A stretch of 63,983 nucleotides of DNA, the filler included, from Collodictyon triciliatum (Eukaryota), in assembly GCA_043381765.1 (NCBI GenBank). It is 8 parts of 8 records of this genome, joined end to end, with 100 filler letters (N's around TTAATTAATTAA, not from the genome) between each part and the next. Parts side by side here need not be neighbours in the genome. Positions count along the whole stretch, not along the records: positions 44,239 to 52,974 come from JBHJMP010003302.1; positions 53,075 to 61,808 come from JBHJMP010003303.1; 6 more parts are not named here. One strand, 5' to 3'. The notes below the pieces were generated by a model. It saw only the letters and a list, made by a program, of their open reading frames with translations. It had not been told where the DNA came from and made no database searches. Position numbers and translations under genes: made by a program. This document shows, in pieces, positions 44,366 to 56,416 of this stretch; the stretch's first letter is position 1; each line of letters opens with the position of its first letter.

Positions 44366-47300
44366 ATGTCAGTACACACAAGATGAACTTTTATCGATGA
44401 AAATGGAAAATGCATTTCAAATTCTTTTGAAATACTATGGTGAAACATGTCCTTTATACCAAGAAGGATTTGGTGATAGAATTTTATCATCTTTCAAGCA
44501 TGGAAATCGCATACATTCGTTTTCATCAGGAAATAGTGTGTCTGAATTGGATTTAAGGGATGAATGTGCATCACTAGAAGCACATAGTTCAATGGAACAA
44601 AATATTTTCAAGTCGAAGAATTTTGAAGCCCCATATTTCCAAACTATTTTCCGTGCAGATAAGACCAGAAGTGAAAAGACTATGAGCCAATATGACCTAC
44701 TAGTTCAATTTTATGAAACCCTCGAGGGTATTGATTGGTTTGACGATAGCGGTTGGAAGAATTTGAGTATTCCCTTATGCGATTGGTATGGAATTCAGTG
44801 TTATAAACGCTGCTCGGTCAAGGAGTATCTGGTTTGTTTTTCAATTATCTGTGTATCATTATGTTCCACAAACCATGTCGCTCATCGCATATTTACATAG
44901 GGTAATACATGCCCTATCGTTGGGTTTGCTATGTCAAGGAATAATCTTAATGGAGACATTAGCAATGCTTTTTCAATAATTGAGAAATTTCCATACCTGG
45001 CTGATATAGATTTTGGATTCAATTTGATATATGGGAACTTAACAGACTTTAATCTACCAAGCTTGCTGTCGTTGAATTTACTAGGGAATAGGATAACCGG
45101 AACAATACCAGACTTTAAAGGGATTCCGAATATTGACAAACTGCAGTTGAGTGCAAATGACTTAGAGGGCACTATGCCTGATTTCTCGAATATTAGATTG
45201 GTAACGACTATAGATATTGGATTGAGCAATAAAATAACAGGTTCCTTTTTTTTATTTCTACTTTCTACTTTCTGATTTCTGATTTCTGATTTCTGATTTC
45301 TGATTTCTGATTTCTGATTTCTGATTTCTTTTCGTATTATTCCTTTCATAGATTACTTTTTTCTTTATTTATATAAATATATACCTACTTATTTACGTAT
45401 TTATTCATTTATTGATTTATTGATTTATTGATTTATTGATTTATGGTATCATGTTTCATTTTACAAATCTCTTCAGGTACCATACGATCTATTCTTTAAA
45501 ATGTTTCTGAAATAAAAGTCCTTTTTTTTTTAGGATCATTACCGGATTTTTCCGGGTTACTTAATATCGAGACGCTTTTAATTCATGGGACTGAAATTCA
45601 TGGTATATATATTTGTTAAAAAAAAAATATAATCAGTATCTGATTTTAAGGACCATAGGACCGATCCCGGATTTTAGCAGCATTCCAAAAATTAGATTTA
45701 TCATTCTTTACAGTAACCAACTGGATGGTGAGTAACTTACAGTTTTTTTTTGGATGAAACGTGATACCCTAATTTACTCACCTATATACAGGAACCATTC
45801 CAGACTTTCGATATATGATAAACACCAATACCATAAGTCTCTCTCGGAATCGACTTTCAGGTAATTTTTTTATACCTAAGTGCTAGTTCCTTGACTGCAA
45901 ATTTTCTAGCATGAACACATAAATTGATGTCTTAGGAACAATACCAGATTTCAGGAGCTTCCCAAATGTTAAAACAATACTTCTCGTTAATAATGTATTT
46001 TCGGGTTGGTTGCTTAAATGTGTTTACTTTAAGAGTGACATGCTTGTTGTATTGTACCCATTTAATAACGAGAATCTTTAAATCACAGGAACTGTTTCAG
46101 ACTTTCGATATATGCCTGAGATAGAAGATATATTTTTCGATGTTAATCAGCTTAGTGGTTGGTTTTAATGAGGATGTTACGTTTCTCTTTTTCGAATTAA
46201 ATGGTTTCATTTATTCAATTTTTAGGCAGTATTACTGACTTCAAAAATACTCCAAAGATACAGATACATAGCTTTCTGATAAATATATTGAGTGGTTAGT
46301 TAAAATTTATCCAAGACAACATCATCCTCGTACCTTAAAGACTAAATTACTCCTGTTTTTCAAATTAGGCACAATTCCTGATTTCGAAAATATCACAAAT
46401 ATCAAAATCATGGACCTCTCACTAAATCAAATATTTGGTGGGTTTGATCGATTCTATCAAGAATTTGAATACCCTTTGTTGTTCTAACATCAATATTGAA
46501 AAATCAAGAAAATTAAACAAAATACCTAAAGGTACTATCCCTGATTTTAAAATACAATGCATCTCTTTTTAATCAGCTTTTTCAGCAACCATCTCAGTGG
46601 TATGTACAAAAATCACGCATTCATCCAAATTTTCTGAATAGTCATAGAAAAAAATTGTATTCTACCTTTTAATGTAGAGTAATAAAAAAAAAATTAAAAA
46701 ATATTTCCAGGTACCATTCCAAACTTTAAAAGTCTTCATTATCTCAGGATGATTAGCCTGTATGGGAACGAACTAACTGGTTAGATAATATTTCGGCCAT
46801 CAATATTTAGAAAAAGTGTTCAATTTTTTCATATTAACTGTAGGAATGATCCCAGATTTTTCAAAGACACCAAATATGGAGTGGATAGTTCTAGGAGATA
46901 ATAGGCTTAGTGGTGGGTATTATGTAAAAAGGTATATTGACATGAAATAATCTTCATTCCTTAAGTTCTTCATATATTTAGGGAAAATTCCAGAATTCAG
47001 CAACGTTCCAAACATAAAATCATTCAGCTTCTTCAACAACCGTCTTAGTGGTAAACTGCATAATTAACGACACAAATGCGCGCCACGATTTTAATGCGTG
47101 TGCTCATGACGAAATTTGACCATGAATTAGGAACAATACCTGACTACCACAACATCACAAAAATTGAGTTGATGGACTTTTCCATCAACCAAGTATATGG
47201 TAAATATTGTCTTCGGCGTGGTATTAAGTACATATTATGTGTTTATTTAATATTTTTTATTTTAGGGACTATACCAGACTTTAAAGGCATTCCAAATGTA

Positions 47301-50300
47301 AGATTGATTAGCTTTTTCAGTAACCAACTAAGTGGTAAGATTCTTTTCATCAACGCATTGGATTACATTTCCTATCCAATGGTTTTTTATTCTTTGAAAT
47401 CGCATTATGAAAAGCTAATTCTTTGATTCCACTAAAAACACTTTAAGGGACAATGCCGGACTTTAGTGGAATTCCTGGTGTCATTTTACTTGATTTTTCA
47501 ATCAATCAAATATACGGTAAGACGTTTAAAGATGGTAGCCAGGAAACCTTGTTCTCAATTTTTCTTATAAAAAAATCACTTAAGGAACCATTCCCGAATT
47601 TAATTACGTTCCCAATGTGGAAAGAATCGGTGTCCACAGTAATCATCTAACTGGTGAGATTTTCATCCTCCCATGTCATTATGGGAATAAAATTTCGAAT
47701 ACTGACCGAAATAATCAAAATAGGAACGATACATGATTTCAAAAGTATCTCAAAGGTTTCCTGGATCGATTTTGGTAGTAATAAACTTCATGGTAGGAAT
47801 CAATTTATAAGAAAGAAAAGAAAATGTCGGTAAACAAGACATGTTGATTCATTCCTATCTCCAAATTTAGGAACTGTTCCAAACTTTGGTAATATTTCCA
47901 TGATTCAAAGGCTCGGACTATACAGTAATCAATTGGAAGGTAATATTTATTTATACATGTAGTGTTTATTTATTGATTTATTAATTTATCATGCGAATAA
48001 AATGTGATGGTAATGTATCCTTTTTAAAATAAATAAATAATAGGAACTGTTCCAAACTTTTCCAACATTCCAGATGTTCGTTCGATTTATCTTTTTAGTA
48101 ACCAACTTATTGGTAGGCCTTAAAAATATAAGACATCAGTCGCCTGAACATTTTCATCTGAATATGTTTTTTAAAACTGTAGGGGAAATTCCAGATTTTA
48201 AAAATATCACGAAAGTCGAGAGAATTTACCTCTCAATTAATCGACTTAATGGTAATCTATTTACTGAATTCATTACAAAGAACAATTGATAAAGAATCTG
48301 TAAAACATCTATTATTTATTAGGAACTATTCCAAACTTTTCGAATGTAAGAAATCTGCAATATCTCTCAGTTTACGATAATTTGATCGAGGGATTTGTTC
48401 CAAATTTTGAACACTGTCCAAACCTGAAGGCTTTACTAATGTTCAGAAATCATTTTATCGGAACCCTACCTTCTTATAAGCTATCATTCCTAGAAATTTT
48501 AGATGCTGCTGAAAATCAAATTATCGGCTCTATTCCTCACGATTTCTATTTACCATCGATTGAATATATCGATTTATCAAGAAATGAAATGAATGGGACT
48601 GTACCAAATTATTTCGAAACTTTAACGAATTTGGAGTCACTAATTCTATCACACAATCAGTTCTCAGGAAGTATGCCCGACATGTTTTGGAAATTACCGA
48701 AATTGGTTACAATTGACTTGAGAAATAACTTATTTTTTGGAGATGTCAGTGTATTTATATCTCCTGTATCAACAGACTATGAATACTACTATGAAAATCT
48801 TCTTCTTGATGACAATCAATTGCATGGAGGTCTTAATTGGTGGATTTTCAATTTCGTCCTAAATCTAAAAATACTGAGTTTAAAGAATAATAATATTACT
48901 AAGCTCGGTGAACTCACTAACCTATTGAAGTGGAGTTCTCTAGACCTTTCTGGGAATCCTATCTCCGGTAGCATACCAGAATCATATAATCAGTTTTCTA
49001 AACTTGAATATCTAGGACTTAAGAACACTCCCATGAATCATGGGAGTGCTAACTTTCTTCCTGACTTTATGGATTTCACTTCACCGTTCAATTTAGAAAA
49101 CGAAAAAAAATTATACATATGTCCTTTAATCGTTGCAAGATTGGGTCTTATAAATATGACTGTAGATTTGGATCCAGAGTATTATGACCACGAGTTTTGT
49201 AAATGTCTACCTGGCTATACCGGTTTTGGAGATAATTGTGTGCAATGCCCAAGAGAATGCGAATGTTTCGATGGGGCATCCATAAAAAATTGCTATGCTT
49301 CTCCAAACTTGACTCATGTGAAATCAGTTCTTCCATGTCCGCGATTAAAATCATGTAGAACCGTAATTCCCGTTAAAAAGACCAAGTCTAATACAACGGT
49401 CGAAACCTCCTCTATATGCCAAGAGGGCTATAAAGGACATTTGTGTTCTCAATGCCAAGAAGGATATGGGAGCCAAGGAAGATTATGTGTAAAATGTGAA
49501 AAAGGAACTATATATTCGACCTTGACATTTGGGTTTATTGGATTCAGTATATTCATAATCTTCCTCTATCGCTCAGAAACATCGAAATCAGGTATTTGAA
49601 GCAAGTAGACAACTATTTTTTTGTTATAATATTTTCAACTAAACAAAATTTTATTAAAAAAATAATAGCTAAACTCAAAATTGTCATGTTTCACATGCAA
49701 ACTCTATCCATTATTTCATCTGGGTTCGTTCAGTCGGAAGATGCCAATAAATTTACCGATTATTTGTCATCGATTGGTTCCATTCAAATTCCGAATCTCT
49801 CTTGTGTATTGGGAATGGACAACATGTTCGACTCTCTCTTATTCAGTTTTTCAAGAATACTAGTTTTCATATTCTTCGGGTTGATTACCTATCACATCGG
49901 ACGTAGCCATATTCAAAACAAGGTATGATTAGAGAAGTGATATAGTAAATGTGTTCGCTTTAAAATATAGCTAAACCTGGTAATTATAAACTAGGCAGTC
50001 TTTATTACGCTCAATCTATTGTTCTTCATTTACTATTCGATTGCCAGAGAAGTATTTGGTGTATTTGGGTGCACTGTTTATGACGATGGAGAGGATATTT
50101 GGTATTTAAACTATGCTCCTTGGATACCGTGTAATCCCACTTCGAGAGAGTATCTAAAATTGCTTGGTATATCGATACCTGTATCTGCTTTGTTTTTGAT
50201 CGGATTCCCCATTTTTGCGTGGCAGAAGGTGGGAATAATGTCTGATAAATCTGGATATGAACCAGGAGCTCGATATGGATTCTTGTATTTGCCGTATAAA

Positions 50301-50864
50301 CAGGTACTTCAATTTGCATATATCATGTATCTGCTCGATGTTAACTAGAGTAATTTATGTCTTAGTCTTTAAAGTATTGGGAATTCATCATTATTGCGCG
50401 TCGAATCGCATTTTCGTTTATCACAAGTGTTATTCCTTACACAAGTCCATCAGCCTACTTTTTATTGCTTGTAGTAGTCATCCAGGTTTGGTTTAGCATT
50501 TTCTTCATCTGTACTGCATAAAATATCCCTTTACTATGCACATTAAGAGACCAATCTTATGCAGGGTTCAATATGGATGCAAAAAGAGTACGCGCCTTAC
50601 AATGCTAAGATTGAAAACCAAATGGAATTGTCCAGTCTATATGTTATATTCGTCTCCTTTTTTGTTGCACTTTTGTCGAGCTTGCTAGATTCTCCATCGT
50701 GGATTTCAGTTTTCTTGATTGCAATTAATTCTGTCTGGCTTTTTTATTTTGCAGCAGGAGCTTTCATCATTCCATTTTTTAAGAATAATTCAGTCAAGAA
50801 AAAAATATTGCAGATGAAAAAATTATCGAAAAAATCTTCAACTTTTGATCCTATGTCGCATTGA
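44366..50864 (+). CDS. LRR receptor-like membrane protein: LRR N-cap, >30 plant-type LRRs, Cys-rich region, ~7 TM segments; probably 5'-partial
   Basis: N-cap LVQFYETLEGIDW...GW...LCDWYGIQC; repeats GTIPDFxxxxxLxxIxLxxNxLx; Cys-rich CKCLPGYTG...CQEGYKGHLCSQCQEGY; hydrophobic exons with KLKIVMFHMQ, YGFLYLPYK..YWEF and PYNAKIENQME. Confidence 0.88.
45534..48251 (+). repeat. Array of 19 one-LRR exons of 69 nt (23 aa), all phase-1 introns
   Basis: Exons at 45534-45602, 45659-45727, 45792-45860, 45936-46004, 46089-46157, 46226-46294, 46369-46437, 46532-46599 (68 nt), 46711-46779, 46844-46912, 46982-47050, 47131-47199, 47266-47334, 47448-47516, 47585-47653, 47724-47792, 47871-47939, 48044-48112 and 48183-48251. 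Each has AG/GT borders that split the Gly codon. Confidence 0.92.
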
Positions 50865-52890
50865 ATTCCAAAAAAATTCGTGTCATAAACCCATATGCCG
50901 AGCAACCATTGATAGAATTTGAAACTATTATTCACTAAATACCTGTTTTTTAGAATGGCATAGGCTGTCTCGAAATCGATTTCACTATGCGAAAATGTCT
51001 ACACCAGAATTTTTTTAATTTTGAATCGCCCTTCATGTTTGGATTCTGTATTGCTTACATTTTGGGTGATTATGGTCAAATATATCAATAAATGGTTCAT
51101 ATTTAACTTCATGTACTCACATAAAATAGACTAAAAGTCTGATTGGAATATGCGTTTGTTTTCAGTCTAAAGTAAATATTTCTTGCGGAAATCGATGAAT
51201 ATGCGTTGGGGTGTTTTAATTGCATCCCTTCTCGCCAGAATTAAATGAATTCAATCATTCTCAATATTTTATTTTACTTTACTTTTATATACTTTAATTC
51301 ATTTTATTTTCATTTAATTTCATTTAATTTCATTTATTTTGATTTCATTTCATTTACTTTAATTAATTTAATTTATTCTATTTTAAAATGTATTTTGAAT
51401 AAAAAAATTTTACATTATAGTGCTGGAAACTATTCGAAGTCTCTCAGCCTATTTTAATTAATGAGTATGTCTTCCAGTGATAAAGAGCATGTGGTTCTCG
51501 TTCCAAAATAGTAAATGGTTCAGATAAATTTTCCAAGATTAATATTTATATGCAAATCCACAACACAACTATATGTGAGTATAGGATTTGCCTGTAAAAG
51601 TACTTATGGTTTTCGCTTGATAGTTTTGTTTTGTTTTTTAGGGCTCAAGTCATTTTTTCCTTTATCATATTTTTTGGGGCTGTATACTTGTGGATGCATA
51701 ATCAATGTTGCTTAACATTCGTCTATCTATTAATTTTGTTGTAATAAATAGAATCTACCCGAGTGTGTAACAGCGATGATAAGAGACGAGGCAAGACTGA
51801 AAAATGCACCTTTTCGCGCATATTACCCTATCTGCACAAGAGTTAACTGAAGAGATTCGTCTGAAACCCCCTATGTTTACCAAGTATATTATATTTATAT
51901 TTCAAATGATAGAAAGCAAACATCTGCCCCTTTTTACAAGAAAATCCGTCTTTTGTTCTTACAACCCGGGCAATACGCTCCTTGTCAGCTGATTGTTGCA
52001 AGGTGCATGTATTTTGTGCATACAAGAGGGTCTATGGTAGCTGTGTTCCTAAAGAGACATCAAATGCTTCAAAATAGTTCGAAAAATCACCTGAACCAAT
52101 ATTCAATCGTGTTTCTAAATCATGGTGACATATGTGGTGCTTTTGGTGCGTTGGGCCTCGTTTTGTTCTATGGAAAGGAGAGGGATTTGTATCATCAACC
52201 CGAAAATCATGTTTCTTGTTCCCTTTTCTTGATTCGGTATGAAAAAGCAAAACGGCAACGATGTTTTTTTTTCTTTTTTTTGGTATTTTCGTATTGTGTC
52301 TCGCTACTTGTTTAATGGTCAATTATATGAACTACTTTTATCGGTGGCGTAATCTTGAATCCCCGCGCACCGCTACGAACCAGAAAAGAAAGAGCCAGAA
52401 AGCAGAGACACAGAGATGAGGGCCACACAGCCAATCGCAAGCCTCCTGCTGTTGAATGGGGTTTGTAAATATTCAGAAGCGTATGAGATATCCTTTCCAT
52501 CACGACAAACAGAACTCATCGATCTACGCTGCTGCTTTTCCACTTGCCTTCCCGACGCCACCTTCGCTGACCCAAACTATTTCGCATAACTCTAAAGACT
52601 GTGCGCGAGGATGAGGATGAAGACGATGAAGTCAGTGATGAGTACATAGTGGTTAACTGGGTTCATTTTGCAGTCTTTACGGTTCTATTTATTGTCGCTT
52701 CGATTCAGCTTTACCGAATCGCGTGAGTGTCTCACTTCAACTTGCTGATGCGTAAATCCTGCAGTTCTTGTTGTACTTGCTTTTCTCTTTAAAAAAAAAA
52801 TTGTAACCACAATCAAATCATCTCCATCAGAGTTTAAGAATTTATGTAATTTAATAAAATCGATTAATTTAGATTTTCTGTTTTTTTTTT

Positions 52891-52974
<84 letters not shown>

Positions 52975-53181
52975 NNNNNNNNNNNNNNNNNNNNNNNNNN
53001 NNNNNNNNNNNNNNNNNNTTAATTAATTAANNNNNNNNNNNNNNNNNNNNNNNNNNNNNNNNNNNNNNNNNNNNTGTTCAGGAAGCTGTATTGCACGAGG
53101 CTCTCAAGCCTGGCTACATTGATTTCTCGTTCGGGTGAATCATTGGAGCGAGAGAATGCACGCACACTCCATAGGGATCGA

Positions 53182-53620
53182 AAATATATATCTATGAAAT
53201 AAAGATGCCAGATAGAACTTTCCAGATTTTATGAATAAGTAACTTTTCGAAAGATGAGATGGAGACAGTATGTTAATATAAAAAGAAGTGAAGAGTTGTT
53301 TATCGACCGAATCGAAAAGACATTTGGCAAGGATGTTGTACTGGCGTATAGAGACTGGAGCAGAAAATGTCAGATGAAACATATCAAGCCAACAATTGGA
53401 AGAGGATTACGAAAAATACTATCCAAACGTTTTGAAGCAGTTAGATGAATTTAGAACCTCCAAGATGTGCTGCAACTGCGAAAAAGGACTGGAATGTATG
53501 AAACTGAAAGGAAATACAAAAAAGATATATAAATGTCTCATGTGTAAAGAATGCAATCGGTCAGAAAGCAAACAAAGTGTATTCTTGACAAGGGACTTGA
53601 ACAGCTAATAATATACTCAA
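53182..53620 (+). pseudogene. Fanzor1 (eukaryotic TnpB-derived RNA-guided nuclease) C-terminal remnant with stops and frameshifts
   Basis: KYISMK*RCQIELSRFYE*VTFRKMRWRQYVNIKRSEELFIDRIEKTFGKDVVLAY[R]DWS...MKHIKPTIGRGLRKILSKRF / LDEFRTSKMCCNC...CLMCKEC...TRDLNS. These are the Fanzor1 GDWS-type motif, the DEFRTSK catalytic Glu, a CxxC-CxxC zinc finger and the RuvC-III RD. Confidence 0.88.
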
Positions 53621-53669
53621 GAAAGTTTTTTTACTCCAAAATATACATACATCTTTCTCTAAAAAAAAT

Positions 53670-53824
53670 AGGCTGTCGGGTCTTTCCTGGCAGCCTTCGC
53701 CACTACACGGCTGACATCATATATATGATGTCAACGGCCTTTGTGAAAGAAGTGATGAGACCTTGGATACTAGCGCACCAAATTTTTTTCTTTCCTTTAT
53801 TCGATTGGAAGTGCAGCGAGGTTA
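53670..53824 (+). ncRNA. Candidate Fanzor omegaRNA scaffold / element right end
   Basis: Lies just downstream of the Fanzor remnant. Hairpin AGGCTGTCGGG-TCTTT-CCTGGCAGCCT (53670-53696, two G-U pairs); palindrome TGACATCATATATATGATGTCA (53712-53733); terminal motif 53783-53824 shared with dispersed copies. Confidence 0.6.
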
Positions 53825-54500
53825 TGCCATACAAATGATGGTTAGAATTATATTGATATTTTTTGTCCATAGTGTGATTTGCTTTCTTCTTTTTTTTTTT
53901 TTTNNNNNNNNNNNNNNNNNNNNNNNNNNNNNNNNNNNNNNNNNNNNNNNNNNNNNNNNNNNNNNNNNNNNNNNNNNNNNNNNNNNNNNNNNNNNNNNNN
54001 NNNNNNNNNNNNNNNNNNNNNNNNNNNTTGTTCAATATCTTACGCTTTTTCTCCTTTTTCTTTGTTTTGCGCTCGCACCCCGCCACACCCCTTGAGCTCC
54101 AGCCTCGTCCATCCCTAAAATGGAATTTGTTGCCAACCTGTTGGCAGATTGATCCACAAAGCCAAGGAATTCCATTTGAATTTTGAATCTGGCCCCGAAT
54201 CAGAAGACCCAAGAAGAAAGGCAAACCAACCCACAGGACTGGGTGGGGCTGAGCCGCCGAGCCGAACCATGAAAACACTGGGCGGACGATAACAAGTCGT
54301 GGGAAAAACGCCCGCTGTTTCTTGAGAACTCGGGATCGACCCTATAGTCATGAGCACATATTCAGGAGAGTACAGATCAACCACATCTTCGCTCGAATCG
54401 TAACCCTCTTTGTCTTGGTACCTATCGCTTTGCCTCATAGGAGAAGCCAGAATAATGTCTGGGGCATCGGACGAACGACAGCGCGCTGGGGCATCCTACG

Positions 54501-55165
54501 ATGGAGCGAACAAGTGGGTGTTATTTGCTTTGGCCTTTTGTTCGTGGATCAATCAAAGCGACCTTTTATTGAAGCTTGGCCCTTATATTTTGCCTTTTCT
54601 TTTCATCTTCTCTCTCTCTCTCTTTTATTCTGGTTCCTTCTTACCGCGCCTTTCCATTTTCAATTATTCAATATTCGTTTGCCAGGGTTTGGTGAGCGCT
54701 TGCCTGCAAAACTCAGTCTACGATTAATCAAAGGCAAAAAGGACTAACGTTACCACTTTGTATAGAGGAAGAGAGGATCGCCTTAAGATCATACTTCTGG
54801 GAGACTCTGCTGTAGGAAAGTCAAAGTAAGGCCTTTTCTTTCAATATTAATGCCATGTTGCGGTACCTACGGTATGACTGGGATCTTAAAAGAGACTGAA
54901 CAATAAACCGTACGTAAAAAATAAATAGGTTGGTGGAGCGATTTCTCATGGACCAGTAGTATCCTTTAACTCTACCATCTCTTTTCTCATTTTAATATAT
55001 GTCTAAAATAAAATGGAAGTCAATTCTATGACTAGGAACGGAGTTCTTTTGTGTATATTTCCTTCATTCACACAGCCAACCGCAGCAACTATCAACCTAC
55101 GCTTTGACCCTGTTTTCTTTTGAAACAAAAGTTGAAGACACACCAGTGAAAATTGGTTTGGGTTT

Positions 55166-55233
<68 letters not shown>

Positions 55234-56416
55234 CATAGGTTTCTTGCATAACTCCTTTATCCGATATTTCATTTATGGACAGTCGTTTTATTTACCTATC
55301 ACTAGACTTTTGGGATACAGCTGGGCAGGAGCGCTTTGATAGTATGCATCCTTCCTATTACTACAAGGCAGACTGCTGCATTTTGGTTTGTAGCATTTAT
55401 AGTATAGGAATTTAGCGAACAATTTTCTTTTCTATTGTTATTTTCTTTTCATTTTTTTCTATTTTTGTAATTTTTATTTGGTGCTTTTACTGGCCCCGAG
55501 TTTGATTACTATGTTTTTGGTTGCTCTAACTTGTTTATTAACTTAGGTTTTTGATGTATCAAGAAAAATTACATACACGAATCTACTGAAATGGTACAAG
55601 GAACTTCAGGTAAGCGTATGGGCACATTTACAAACAATTTGTCGATCACTATTTCATAACTTCCTCTACTCTTGTGCATATCCTGCACACGCTTTTAACT
55701 GACAACTTTCTCAAGATAAACCTCTTTTAATAATTAGGAGAACCGGAAAGGGATCCCCATCATCGTTGTGGCAAACAAAATTGATGGTGAATACCACTAC
55801 TCAAATTACACTTAAATCTACTATGTGGTGGAGGTCCTCTGTTAATCATTTTATATATCATCCAGTTGATTATAGGGTAACATCAAAAGCCTTCAACTTC
55901 GCATCAAAACGAGACCTTCCATTCTACTTTTGTTCAGCTGCAGACGGAACCAACGTTGTTAAGGTAACTTGGCTCGAATAAAAGTGAATATGGAGATATT
56001 ATATCTTATGAACTTGCATTTTAGTGAAACTGTACTTTTCTTCTTCCTTTTCTTCTTCCTTTTCTTCTTCCTTTTCTTCTTCCTTTTCTTCTTCCTTTTC
56101 TTCTTCCTTTTCTTCTTCCTTTTCTTCTTCCTTTTCTTCTTCCTTTTCTTCTACCTTTTTTTAACTTTTCACCTCTCTACTCCTTATCTAACGTCACCAG
56201 GTTTTCGATGAAGCTATCAGACACGCAATTCAATTCCGTGAAAGTCCACCCTCCGACTTTGTGCAGGATGTTCTCGACCTCCTAGATGTAGAGTTCATAT
56301 ACCTGCAAACTTATTGATTACGAATACTCCTAATTCACGAGCCACTCTTCGTCAACCTATATATCGTTGAATTCACAAAATCTCTCTTCCCCATGACCAT
56401 CTAGGAGCTTGAGTAA
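54501..56416 (+). CDS. RABL2: Rab-like protein 2 (ciliary small GTPase), multi-exon; first exon tentative
   Basis: [92 protein letters not shown]; no C-terminal Cys. Confidence 0.92.
56036..56158. repeat. Intronic (CTTTTCTTCTTC)n repeat
   Basis: Tandem 12-mer read directly. Confidence 0.95.

Noticed and set aside
45534-48251. Regularly spaced repeat with variable spacers, superficially CRISPR-like
   Set aside because: The repeats are diverged protein-coding LRR exons with AG/GT borders and the spacers are introns. No cas genes are present.
52341-52375. GGTGGCGTAATCTTGAATCCCCGCGCACC with A-box and B-box-like words
   Set aside because: Far too short for a tRNA and has no anticodon arm.
52580-52722. 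Possible exon EDEDEDDEVSDEYIVVNWVHFAVFTVLFIVASIQLYRI with a GTGAGT donor, reminiscent of a TOM1/GPR137-type first TM helix
   Set aside because: No in-frame start is found and the contig ends, so there is too little sequence to call.
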